From Cyanophora paradoxa CCMP329 (lineage: Eukaryota > Plantae > Glaucophyta), in the NCBI GenBank assembly GCA_004431415.1, contig QPMI01000044.1, forward strand, positions 62,001 through 126,000: a stretch of DNA of 64,000 nucleotides, written 5' to 3'. The notes under the pieces are model-generated. The model was not told where the DNA came from, ran no database searches, and saw only the letters and a list, made by a program, of their open reading frames with translations. Shown one piece after another: positions 12,403-25,235 of this stretch (position 1 is its first letter; each line of letters starts with the position of its first letter). The position numbers were made by a program, and so were the translations under genes.

Positions 12403-12980
12403 ATTTAATAATTCCAGCTGCAGTCTCTGTCTGTGCGTGAAACATGCATGAATTTGAAACGCGATACATACCCGTACGTGTACGGCCGCGGGGGTTTCGC
12501 CCCATCGCAGTACGGTATCTCAGAAAAAATGCCAGATCTAGACTTCGAATTCAGAGCACTGCGGTCTTTCTTTGTCTTCAAATTTAAATAGCCTCACTAC
12601 TTCGAATTCATCATATGCATTAATAGGCGGGCGCCTCGAGCCTTAAGCTTCGAAATATTCGCTGCTTCCGCTAGCCGAGCGCTGCGTTGGCTTCGCCTGC
12701 TGATGTGCTCCTTCAAGACAAGCGCCTATGCTAGCGCTAGCTACGTACGTGTGTACAGACGCTATCTATGCAGCAGGAGCAGTGCGTACACGGTTGCTGA
12801 GCGCAACGTTCATGACAGCTGCAGCTGCGCTGCTGCAGCCTGCCAGGCTGCGCATGTCGTATACGTAGTGCGGGCTGTAGCTGCGTTAACTTAAGCTTTT
12901 TAAGCCTGCTTATAAAGCTCACATCAGCAGTATACGTACTAGTCCAGCGCTAGCTGCATGCAGACTGCAGTCACGGTGTG

Positions 12981-13233
12981 TTTCCGTTACTTTCCGTTAC
13001 TAGTATCCGCCATTTTCCGTCACTTTCAAAAAAGTTCCGTTATGCGCGGATAAGCCATGGCCACCACGTAGTTTCCGTTTGCAAACGATGTCAAACTTGA
13101 AAATCTAGCGTTTTGGGGAACGACGTCATTTTGGGTAACTACGTTCGTCGATCGATATCCACGTACGCCGCGGCCCGCGGGACGAGTCGACGTCGACGTC
13201 GACATTAACTTAGTAAATCTAGCGTTTTGGGGA
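12981..13233. repeat. Clustered TTCCGT motifs and a duplicated 19-mer, resembling a transposon subterminal region
   Basis: TTTCCGTTAC x2 (12981-13000), further TTCCGT at ~13015, 13035 and 13073; AAATCTAGCGTTTTGGGGA at 13101-13119 and 13215-13233. Confidence 0.55.
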
Positions 13234-14455
13234 GATTCGAATTCGCGAGTCGCGAGTCGCGACGTCGACTCGCCTTGGTCTGTGGTCCGCGGCCGATTCG
13301 AACTTATATGCCACCTAGGCCTATAGCTATATAGATACACTCGGGGCCTCGGGCTCGAGCTCGCGCGAATCCAACGCGTATACGTATAAATATAATATAC
13401 GTTCGATCTCGATTATGCGTCGCGTTCGCCTGCAGGCTGCAGCTGGCAGCCTGCAGGCTGCAGCTGGCAATGCCGCATGCAGCTGCAGCAGCTAGTGGCT
13501 GCGGCAGCTGTCGGGGTGAGTCGGGTCTACGCCGATTTCGATGTCGACACTCGACGTGTTCGCACATGAGGGTTCATATTGGGTGCGACAAAACGGGGAA
13601 CTGAATCGAAACTGCAAGCTCAGCCGGCCGTGTTAACCCGATTTTTTTCGCAAGTGTCCGCTTGCGTCTTAAGTAATAAGTTATAACTTAGTATATCTAG
13701 AGTTGTACATGTCTCGAGTCAAAATATAAAATTGAGATCTAGACGTCGACGTCGACTTGCAATTGGCTATTTCGAATTCTCTAGATATCGATATCGATCA
13801 TATCGATCTAGAATTAGAGATCGACATGGCATGCGCATGCGCATGGGATAAAGAATCCATGTGCGTCACTTCAATTAAATATTGCAGCAAAGGCTTCCAG
13901 CATGAAAAAGCTTCACATATATACGCTGAACTTGATCGCGTGCACTCGCGCGATTACATATACTCGCTAACTGGCTTAAATTAAATTGAATAGGGGCATG
14001 GGCCTGAATATCTATTTTGCTATATATATGTACTAACTCTTGAACTGCGCGTCCTATTCTAGCTGTAATGCTTCGTAACTTTTTAGTATATCTGGGCTTT
14101 CTTGTGTAGCTACAGCTGCATGCGCGCAGTATACTATCGACCTCAACGACGAATCACTCACGCGTATACGTACGAGTCGGGCATACTTAAGCTTGATGAT
14201 TATGATCATGATCATGAATTCAATGATTTGGCAAACGTTCAATTCACGGTTAACGAGTCGGGCCAGCGAAGCAGAAAATACTAAAGCAGAAGCACTTGCA
14301 AGCAAAGACGAGAAATCTATAGCTACTATAGCTAGGCTATACTTAATTATATTCGAACGACGAGGAGATGAAATGTCCACTAATATAATGCGCATGCATG
14401 TTGAGCCAAAGCTGGTATTCGGACTAGATGAAGCTTGCGTAACGCAAGCGCATAA

Positions 14456-17400
14456 TTACGCTTGCTGCATCGTCATGCTGCTGCCACCATGCACGCTGTG
14501 CTGCGCGCGCAATAGACCCCACTGCTCCGCGTTGCTCCGAACGTTAGCCGCCATAGCCCGGGCGACGGGCAGCTGGCGGAAGAGTAAGCGTCGACGCCAC
14601 AGACCGAAGCGTCGTCGCTTTAATTTATTTGAGGGCTTCGCCTCACCTCGGGGGCGACGGCGGCGAGGGTTTCGTAGAGCGGCTGGACGACAGCCGTCAG
14701 GAAGCCAACCTGCCGCGACGCGTTGCCGCGGTCGGGTTCATCTGAGCGGTTTACATTGCGGTCAGCCAATATGCGAAACGGTTTGCGAAACGCGAACGCG
14801 CGCAATAAGCAACTGAACATGTGACCCGTGCGCAATACGCTTAAACAACAATTTGCAAGGCGGAAACGCACTTGTCGGGGAGAACCCGGGCGTGGGTTCC
14901 AGCGCCATCTCCGCCTCCAACGTTGATTGCTCGAAAAATTCCTGCGGCGAAATGTTCGAGAGGGTACGGCGACGATGATGACGACGATGGATATTCGTAT
15001 ATGCACCTGCTGAATCTGGGTGGCGGAAATCTTCGAGTGCTCGAACGTGCGGGCGCCGTTGGCGAGGTCCGCGCACTTCAGCAGAAGTCCCCCCAGCAAG
15101 GCCTGCATCGCCGATCGAGACGCGATGCTGCCGTCAGCGCCGCGGCGGAGGCCACTGGAATCGGGCTGGTTCACGCGACCTTTTCGCTGTAGTGGGAGAA
15201 CCGGGAGCACGGGCTCGACCCGGGGGCGGCCGCGGGGATGCCCGAAACGCCCTTGCAGGCGGGGAACCGCCTCGCGAGAGAGACCTGACCACACACGCGC
15301 GCGAGAACAGCGCCAAAATTAAAGCAGTGAAACCGTTTGACGGGGCGGGGCGCGGGACGGACGAGGAAGTCGTTGTGGAGGACCATGTCCGTCGCCAGCA
15401 CCGCATCCACCGCAAGCTGCCGCAAGCAATCAGCCGGCGCTGGTTGTCGCCAGCTGCAGCAGAGCGTCGCTCGCACCTGGGAGAAGCGCTCCTGGTCGGC
15501 CCGCGACATGTTGGCGAGGATGTGTACGTCCTTTCTTTGCAAGAGACTGAGCAACGTTGCCGCGTGGTGCCGCTCCAGCGGGCTGACGGCCGCAGATACG
15601 TTGTTGAAATTTGGCGGAAGCGAAACAGTCAGGAGGAGCCTCGGAGGGCGGACCTGCTGTTGCTGTAGAGGATGGCCATCGGCGCGTGGCTCTTCGCGAG
15701 GAAAGCGTTCGTCACGCCCGGGTGGTCCAGGTCTGCACACGCCGCGGCCGTTCAATGAAGGCAGACGCGGATCGACGCGCCGCGCGGGGGCACCGTGGCA
15801 GAGGCCGGCGACGAGGAGGGCGAACGTCTCCACGTCGTCGAACGCAACGCTGCGCGAGGCGCGCGCGTGAGTGAGAGGCGCTATGCAGCTCCGCAAAATG
15901 CCATAGACGGTTCGTGCGCACGAATTCGAGGGGACCGCCGGCTCGCCCCCGAACGCGACCGGAGCAGCAGCCGCTCCGCCTCCGCCGGCGTCGACGTCCG
16001 GATCCAAGGCGGCTTCGGCCGCGATCGCGGCTGGCTGCGTCCGCCTGGTGCAGTCACGCAGACACCGCGGTCAGCCAACTTCAAGATGGGACGAGGATCT
16101 AGAGGAACGCACTGCTTGAGGCCGAGGAGGAAGATGAACATGCACTGGGCGACGTCGATGGCGTGGTGCACGTTCTGTGTGCAGTACCGGCAAGGTCGCC
16201 AGAGGACAATGCCACAAACGCGAGCTCGTGAAGAACACGCACATGGAAAGAATTCTTGTCACGGTAGGTAGACAGGGCGACGTTGACGAATGCAACGAAA
16301 TCCCCTTCGTCGATGCGAAGCGCGTCGATAAGCTGCCGCACGTTACAGAAGTTACGGCGATGATTTCAAAGCTGTAAGATCTAAATCACGACGAACCCCG
16401 AGTAGTCGCGTCATTCCGAGCATAACAGCCGCGAGGTCGGTTTTGGGCCATGCAAGCGACGAAAACTCCGGCGAAATGATCCTCGGATCAAACTGCACGG
16501 CGGTTGTCGCCTACGTTAGCTGTTAAGCTATATATAGCTATCTACAATTTTGATTTACGTTCACGTGAAAATAGCGAAATACGAGCTGGAGCTTGAGGGA
16601 GGGCGCGGCCGTACCCGCAGCTGTGCGGCGAGCTTGCGAAGCGAAGCCTGTCCTTGTGGACGGTGCGACTCGTGATCCGAGCGCGTCGTTATCAACTGGC
16701 CCAGTCCGTGGCTGTGTTCGGGATCGCTCGGTTTTGCGCCTTGCAAGAAGTAGGTCCTCATCTCGCCTATGCCCTTCCTGCGTGCCCGATTAATATTGTA
16801 AAGAAGCATGCATTAGCAGATCTATAGCTAGAACATGGTTTCAGATCCAAAGAAAGCGAACGTACACGTGGATGCGGCCGCGCTCCTCCAGGGCGAACTT
16901 GGAGCGGAGGTGGTAGTATGTTTCCTCCGTCACCTAAGCACGGGCCGGGGCGCGCGTGAGCCGGCGGCGCGAGAGCCAGGGGCGAGGACGACGGGTCGTG
17001 GCACCTGGGTGCGGCCGGGAACGCCGGAAGACTCCATGCGACTCGCGACGTTGACTGCGGTTCGAGGACGTTTTTCAGTACATGCACCAGCAATGCATAT
17101 AATGCATGCTCGGGTTTGAGGTTTTGCGCTGCGCACCGGTATCTCCCCACTGCAAAAAGGGCGCGCCAATGAGAATTGCGATTTTGAGGAGGCAAGTTTG
17201 CAGAGGACAAAGCCAAAACAAGCGAACGCCGCACCAGGTCGTACAGAAGCTTTTTCTTGCCGATCACCCTGATCGCGAGATTAACAGCTGATGTTGACAC
17301 TGGCTAACCCAGCAGAAGAAGCGAAGGCTTAGGAGGGCCGCACCCGGCGATGACGGTGCCGCAGTGGATGCCGATGCGGATGCGGAACGAGCGCCCGTCG

Positions 17401-20400
17401 AAGCTCTTGTACCGCGAGATCGCCTCGTGCATCGCCAGCGCCAGCCTCTGCGCAGCCGCGGAAGCTTAAGATTCAGAACTACTCGCTTAGAAAACTTAAT
17501 GCAAGCGCGCGAGCGAGAAGGCTTCTTCGCACCGCCATGCGGACCTGCAAGATTGAAAGCGTCAAATTAAAACGGCACAACTCGAGAACAATCATTGAAT
17601 AGGGAATCCAAACATCGAGCGCGGACGCACGCACCACTGGCGGCTCGGCTCTCACGGCGGCTAGCTGTGCCTCCGCCGCGCTGTGTTACGGTGTTAGAGT
17701 GCATATCGGTCGAGCAAAAGCAAGCTGCCGCACATGAAGGAGCTCATTTTGGCGCCGTTGATAGAGCGGAGCGAGTTGGTGAAAGTTTCCGACCTCCGTT
17801 GAGTCGTCATCGAGTCTCGCCGTACTTCGCCAGCCCCCGACGACATACTGCAGTGAGCGCTTGAGCAAAACCGCGCGCAGACTCGACTCAAACATTAATT
17901 TGAAACGCTGTGCTGCACCCGTCTAGATCGGCAGCATCGACATCGGGAGGAACCCCGCCAGCGCACATGAAGGCGTCACCTGCCCGGCGAGTAAGAGACG
18001 GATACATAAGATACACGCCCCTACGAAAAGGGCCGTGCGCGCCGATCGTTTTGATCTTCTCCAGGCCGAACTTCTCCGCGAGTGAATCAAAGTCGTAGAA
18101 GATGTCTGCATCGCATCAAAAGTTTAATTACAAAAAGATAATGCTCTTGCAGCTTCTGTGGAAATTAAATCGAACGAAAGCACCGTTGAGGAGAGACACG
18201 AGGCGGGCGGGGTCCATAGAGGAGGCGAGGGGCGTGAAGTTGACCTGCGCGCAGTCGGTCGGCACCGGCCGCGGCCCGGGACGGCGCCCTCCGGTCGGGA
18301 TCGACGGCTTACGATGTCGGCGAAGAGGACGGGTCTGCGAACGCAGTGCAGGCCGCGCCTCGAGTTAGAAGAAGACACGCTCGCGCGGCGCGCGCGCGGC
18401 GCGGGAAGAGGCAGAGTTAAAAGCTGAAGGGCGTACACGTTGTCGACGCGGTCGGCGAGGGCGCCCTTGATTAGATCCGCGTTGGTCCCGAAGAGGTCGT
18501 CCTTCTCCGCGTCCTCCGGCGGCAGAGTCGGCTCGCTCGCCTGCGTGATTGACTGCATTTCCGAAATTCGAATTCGTTATGCGGGCAGAGTATATATATA
18601 TATATATTTATATGTGTTTGGTACGTAAAACGTTGCCGTGCACCATGCGACGTGTGCTGGCGCCGGTGCGCCGACGCGCTTTGAAAGAACGCGCGCGCGC
18701 AGCCTGCTGAGCTTCCTGCATGTCCTTGAGGCGGTCGGCGATCTGCGCGCGCTTGCATCAGAGCAGAATCTCCAGGAAAGAGACGGCGACGGCAACGACA
18801 CGCACCGTTGGCGGAAGCAAGTTCTTCAACAGCTTCTCCGTCCTGGAACCGTTGAACGTTAACGCGCGCGGGCGGCATCATTATAAAGTTACATTAAAAT
18901 ATGAGCAATGTAATACAAGTGCAACGGATGGAGGCGATTGCGGATGGAGGCGATTGCGGATGGAGGCGATTGCGGATGGAGGCGATTGCGGATGGAGGCG
19001 ATTGCGGTTGCGATTGGGCGAGCGCACCGCGTGCGCTCCCGTGTGATCTGCTTCTCCATCTCCTTCCTTTCCGTTATGTCTGGCCATGGAACCCGCGATC
19101 ACGCCACCGGGCCGGGGCCGGCGGGATCTAGGCCGGCGGGCGGAATTCGAAACCTCGGATCATGCCGACGAAGAGGTGCTCGTCGCCGATCTTCATCTCG
19201 CTGCCGCCGGCGCGTCAGCTCGGTCCCAAATCGAAGGAGAGCTACCAAAGGGCCGATCGCGAGCTCGCCTGAGGCCGATCTGGATGGGGAAGAGTTCGCC
19301 ATTCTTTCGCTTCCCGTAGGTGTCCCTGAAACACGAACGGACGAACGTTAACAAACCAACCCCAATCGATATCAATGCGCATGCACGAAATACAATCGAA
19401 AGCATTGCGTGCGCACCGGAAGAGTTGGTGGTTACTCAAAGTGAGACCGGCTGCCACATGCCTGTACGTATACACATCGTTTCGAATGAGTCCGAGACAG
19501 ATAGCTATAGACTTGCAAATTTAAGCGAAATTGAAGCGTGTATACGCGACTAGTAGGATCCGCACAACACACCTTGCAACTACGTCGTCGTGGATAGCGG
19601 CAATGTTCGGCGGCTGCAAAATCTTTACATTGTGCCCCACGACCTAAAGGGAGACCAATTGCAACGTAGAGCGGATCGGAAAGGCGAAGGCAAAGTAGAG
19701 GCGGAAGAGGAGGCCTAGGGGGCGGACCTCGCTCGGGTCGTACAAGAACATGGCGGCGGCCCGCGGGTTCATGCTCAGCACGTTGCACGCGCTGTCCGTC
19801 ACGAAGACCGCTGCGATCGCGACGACCCGGGCTCGGAACGAGCCGTGGGGACGTCGACGCGGGCAGATCCAAGCACAAGCGGACCGTCGTTGCAGGTGTC
19901 GAAGATGAGCTTCTGGCGCGCCTCCTCGAACGTCGCTCGCTCCTTCGCTTCCTCCAGCCGCATGTAAGACTGCGGTCCGCACGAATCAGGGAAAAGGGTA
20001 CATATATACGCAGCGGAATGCAGCGGGATCAACCGCACGTCGGTGACGCGGCGGGTCATGCGGCTGAAGGCCGTCGTCAGGCGGCCGATCTCGTCAGATG
20101 CGGCCGTCGTCAACGTGAATCTGAAAACGTCAACGTCGCATGAGCCGCGCCGATCGCAAGCGATGAGCGTGCAGGCACGCGCGCGCGTGCGCACGCTTTG
20201 CCGGGCGGAAGTGTGAACGAGTGCGTGGAGGAAGAAGAACTGTTGTCATGGTGGAAGTCGAATTCCTCCACCGCTTCCTGCACACGGAGAAAGGCGTCAG
20301 ACACATAAATGAAACGTATTATCAAGTTCTTCTTGTTCTGTTCTCCCATTCGTGCTCAAAGCTCGCCTTCAGGTGGCGTAGGGCGCGGAGAACGTGCACA

Positions 20401-23400
20401 ATGAGGAGCCAGGAGAGCCAGCAGGAGACGGCGCAGGTGACCACGCCCGAGGCGACGCCGGCAACGACCCCGGTCCGCAGCACCTGCGGGGCAGGCAGGC
20501 AGACGGGCGCCCGATTAGAGTTGGGTCGATCATGATCAGAGAACAAACGAAATTCAAAGCGCCGCACCCCGTCAGAATCAACGTGCGAGGTGGCGCGGAC
20601 CTAAGCGTACGCGCGCGCAGAGTTAGCTCGAGAACTGTGCGGAACTGGACAGCTGACTATAATGTATTAAGAGCGCACCAGGAATGCGATGGAGCGCCCA
20701 GTGGGATCCTGCAGCGCTTTCACCGCGACAGTCACCTCCTCCCGGCCGTGGTGGCCAGCCTGCGATCGCGACTTGATAAGAAATTGCAATTTCTGCCGAA
20801 TGTAGATTCTAGATGTAATCGACCGAAAGCAGTCACCAGGATGAGGACGTTGGTGACGACGGAGCCGGGCGGCTGCGCGGACGAGGCGGCGTCGAGGAGG
20901 CTGTCCGCGGCGGCCCCGAGCAGCGGCGCGAGCCGCGGCTCCGTGTCCTCCGCTGCGCGCCCCGCGCGCCGTCAGACTCGGCGAGCGACAAGGCCGCAGC
21001 CGCGCGGAATTCGAATTCCGCGCACGGAGCATGGCTGTGGAGACGCGGAAGCAGCCGGGCTCGCTCGAGGCGCAGTCCGGCCGCGAGCGCTGGTACACTG
21101 CGGTGCGGCCGGCCGCCGGCGGGTGAGGGGCGCCCGCGGCGGGGGCGGCGAGGGCGAGGTGGCGCGCGGGCACCGGCGACGTAGCCCGACTTGAACGCGG
21201 CGCGGGACGGCTCGACCGTCCAGTTCTTCCCGTTGACCTGCGCCGCAAGCAAGGCGCGCGCACGCGCCGTCAGTGGCCGCGCCGAAGAAATCAAAGGAAC
21301 ACTGAATTCGAAGAACGGAGGACGCGCCACGTCGCCGGCGAGAAGGATCGCGGCGGGGCGGGACTGGTCCGGGCCGGTGTAGACGGGGTGCCCAACGAAA
21401 CTGATTTAATTGCTTCAGCCGAATTCGAAGGGCGAAATCTCAGGAAATCTCGGGCCCCAGCGTACCGGACGAGGAAGTAGTCGGCGGTGGGGTCCTTCGG
21501 GACGGCGCCCTCGCCCTCCACGAGCTCCTTGCGCGACACGAGCAGGCTGAAGCGCGTCTGGTGGCGGGAGCGGTGAGGCGAAAGGAGGAGGAGGGGCGGC
21601 AGGCGGCGGGGGCGCACGGGCTTGTTGCTCTCAATGAGGGCCCGCGTGAAGGAGCGCAGCTCGGGCATCGGCTCCCCGCGCCGGTCCCTGCGCTCCGGCG
21701 AGGGCGGGCACAGCTTAGGACCCGGGAGGGCGGAGGGGCACGCGGGAAGGAGGCGGGCGGCGGGGCGCGCGCCTGTTGGAGGAGACGATGACCAGCGGGT
21801 CCGCGTCGGCGCTCAGCAGGCTCGAGTACCTTCCCACCGCTCGTTAGCTGCCGAAGACTACAGAAGCAAATCAAGTAAAGGAGCTCGAGGTAATTATAAA
21901 CTATATGCAAAGAGAGCTAAGTAAACTGGGCGAATTAGAGCGCACTCGATGTCGCGTCGCACGATCTCGTTGACGAGCGCCGCCTTTGCGGACCTCAGAA
22001 TGGCCTCCGCCTCGGGGCCCGTCGCCGTCGGCCCGAGCTGAGCGAGGCTTAGAAGCCGAGTGGGCCGAATGCGCTGCGACCTGGGTCGCGGACCCTTGCC
22101 GCGCTAATGATGGAGGGGTTGTCCCCTTGGCCGGCGAAGCCGTAGCTCATCTGGTTATTCTTGATGTCGTACACGATCTGGCACGCCACCCGTGTTGTCA
22201 GGCTGAATTATAGCAAGCCAAATTACAGAAAGCAAAAGCAATTACCTGGTTGGTGAGGATTTCGGAGACGGCTTGGCGGTTGAGCTGCGAATGCATCGAC
22301 AGGAAGAGAACCAGGACCACCACGCTGTATACGTATCGTGGGACCGGGGTCAGACCCGATTAATATTGCGACAGCGAGTAGCGCGGGTCGGGCTGTGAAG
22401 AGCCGAACACGCGTACGCGAACCCAATTAGGACGAGGGTCGTGAGGAGCTGCGTCGAGGCGACGAGCGCCATTAGCTTCTTCTTCATCTGCGGGCGGGCG
22501 GCGATGCAAGCATAAGTCCCGATCGTCTACATTATTATCAACAGAAGAGCGTAAGCGATGCAAGTATACGTAGGCGATGTAAGCATAAGTCGTCTGCATT
22601 ATTATCAACAGAACAGCGTAGATTAGAGCTTACGGAGAGGTCCCGCCAGCGAGCGGCGAGGCTCCGCGAGGGGGCCTTCCGCTTCCCTTCGTCCTGGATC
22701 CGGGCCCGCCGGGCGTGGCCGGGGGTGTGCGCGTTCGAGTTCGTCCTGTCGGTCCGCTGCGGCCGATCCTTCCCGGAATGCTGCGCACGCGTCCACGTTA
22801 GCGTCGACGAGTCGAATCCATATTAAACGTTTGATGGGATATCAATCGATATCGATCAGCAAAAGCGTGCACGCGCCTCGGCGTCGTCATCGTACGCGTG
22901 CTCCGGGTCGACATCAATATTTTCGCTGGCGAGCGAGCCGCGGCGGCCGCCGGCGCGCTCCGTCAGCGGGCTGCAGGCTGAGGTGGGCGCCGTGGAGCCC
23001 AGCAGGTGGACGAGGGGGGGAGGAGCGCTAGCCCCGGGCGCGCGCGACGCGGGGGTCGAAGGCGACGCCGACTCCGCCCACTTCGAGCTGCGCGGATCCG
23101 GAAGAACTCAGCTAGAGCTGCAGCCCCCTGCGGCCGCCGGGCCACAACTGGCAAGCGCAGCGTGCGCACCCCGCGTCCGTCTTGTACGGGATGGGATCGT
23201 GACAGGGATCGTTCTCGCCCGCGGCTTCTGCGCATGCAGGGCCCGGGGCTTTAGGGATATCTAGCTATAGAGGGTCAAAGCAAAGCCTTGGCAAAGCCAG
23301 CTTGGCAAGCTTAAGCTGTTAGCTATGGGCGGTGGAGCGAGCGCACGGATTTGCGACTCCTTTTGAGAGCCGTGGGGTTCGGGAGAGACGCGGGGAGGCT

Positions 23401-23839
23401 TGAAGGGGGAGAGGGTGAAAAGGGGGCGGGCCCCGAGGCTGCCGGGATCGCTGGAGGAGTGACCGTGCAGGGGGCGGGCGGCTGCAGCCGCGTCTGCGGT
23501 CGGCGCGCTTGCTTCGTGAATCTCGTACGCGTCGCGATCTCTTAAGCTGTGCACTTGGGAGACACCAGACGAGCCGGATGGCATGATCACGATGTCAGCT
23601 GCGCATGCGACCGCGGCCGGTTCCGCGGGCTCGAGGGTCGCCGTGCCGCTCGCTGCTACTGGGGCCGACAGCTGCGCATGGGCGCGCGCATCCGGCCGCG
23701 GCCCCGGTACCGGGGGCGTTTCGTCCGCTCCTACAAACGCATTCACGAGCCGCGACCGCGGGGGGCCCGACTGCGCATGCTCCGGCGCCGAATGCAGGGC
23801 GATCGCGAGGGGATTCTCCTCGCTCGGCGTCGACAGCAT
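14456..23839 (-). CDS. Multi-exon membrane receptor adenylyl cyclase-phosphodiesterase fusion, copy 2 (inverted paralog of copy 1)
   Basis: Same domain order and, where checked, the same intron positions as copy 1 (MKKKLMALVASTQ ~22487, IVYDIKNNQMSYGFAGQGDN ~22177, HAMP ~20100, PAS ~19920-19160, AC ~18460-16740, PDE ~16500-14520). Ends ...AEQWGLLRAQHSVHGGSSMTMQQA* (TAA 14456-14458). Candidate ATG 23839 (MLSTPSEENPL) is uncertain; the N-terminal HSSSDPGSLGARPL matches HPSSDPGGLRPL of copy 1. Confidence 0.9.
18925..19004. repeat. Intronic minisatellite, 5 x CGGATGGAGGCGATTG (16 bp)
   Basis: Five perfect tandem copies; absent from the equivalent intron of copy 1. Confidence 0.95.
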
Positions 23840-24389
23840 TGAACCCCTTAAGCTTGCAATTGCGGCGCGCCGCACCGAGGTCCGTGATCGCGGGCTCGCG
23901 CGCGCGCCGGCGCCCGCGGCCGGGCCAGCCTGGCAGTGCTCGCTGCTCACTGGCACCTAGGCCTCCACGCTTTGCTACTATAGCTACGCCAATTAGCTTC
24001 GGGGCGATGTACTGGCGCAGGTGGCACGCGTCGAACAATTGCAACTGCCACGCGATAGCTACCGCAATACGTACTGCAGCTGGTCCCGCGCGGTAGCTAG
24101 CTAAAGCCGCTGATCATGAGCTCTAACAAGCATAAGCTAAACGCTGCAGCTGCAGCTGCAGCTGCGCTGCTACTGTGGCAGCTGCCTACAATCTAGATCT
24201 AGAGCGTCTACAGGCACTGCAGCTGTGAGGCACACTGTGACACGCACCCGTCGAGCTCCGCAATAGCTTCTCGCAGCGTTACTGCGGTCTTGTACCCCGG
24301 CTCCTCAATCGGTGCACATGAAAGAAGGCTATACCCCCGCCCTGTCAGCCGTGACGTCCAAGCCGGAGACCACGCGGACCCAACGAGCC

Positions 24390-24779
24390 TCGGCTGGGGC
24401 CCCGGGGCCCGGGCCCCGGCCCCCGGCCCCCGCGGCCCCGGCCGCGGCCGCGGGCCGCGGGCCGCGGCCCGCGGGCCGGGCCCGCATCATCCGATGATGA
24501 TCGCGGCATGCGCGCGCAGCTGCAGGCCGCGCTGCAGCCCGCTGCGCGCTGCGAGCTAGGCTCCGCTAGCGCTCCGCGGCCGGCCGCGGATGTCGATCGC
24601 CGCGGCGCGAACGCGCGCGCGCGCGCGCGGGGAGACTCTGAGAGCTCGCGCCCGGGCCCCCTAGGCCTGCTGCGCCTGGGGGGACTCCGGCCGGCGCCGC
24701 GGGACTCCCCGGGTCCGGAATAGCAAGCTATAGCCTGCTGCGGGCTTGCGGGCCTGCGGCGGCGGGGGGAGGGGGCCGA

Positions 24780-24811
<32 letters not shown>

Positions 24812-24900
24812 CCGGGGGGCCGGGGGGGCCCGCGGCGGGGGCGTCGACGTCGACGTCGGCCGCGGCGCGAGGCTCCCCGGGCCCCGCTCGCGGGCCAAAT
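24390..24900. repeat. Very GC-rich low-complexity tract with a 26-nt poly-G (24780-24805)
   Basis: Runs of GGGCCC/GGCCGC units and a G homopolymer; G-quadruplex potential. Confidence 0.8.
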
Positions 24901-25235
24901 GCAACTATATATAGGCTATAGCTAGCTCTAGGATAAAAGCTGCAGGCGGACCCCGCGCGCCGCGGCCGCTACTAGGCTAACATGTACAAGCGCTGCTGCA
25001 GCGCTACGTATTAATTACACTAGGCTATATAGGCTGATAATATAGCTAGCGCCCGGCGGCCCCCCGCCCGTCGATCGAGCCAACACGACTGAACTACGTA
25101 TACGGTAAATCTGAATGTCGCAATAATTCGATGATATGACTTGACTCGCTGAGTCACTGGTACGACTGCGACGAAGCCTTCCAGGCTGGCGATTGCAATT
25201 GCACGGCTCGCGATCGCCCACAGCCATGATCGATA

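Noticed and set aside
18925-19004. CRISPR-like repeat
   Set aside because: Units are contiguous with no spacers, lie in a eukaryotic intron, and no cas genes are present.
1-23839. The second receptor copy as a haplotype or assembly duplicate
   Set aside because: Large parts of exons and introns are strongly diverged and the C-termini differ, indicating true paralogs.
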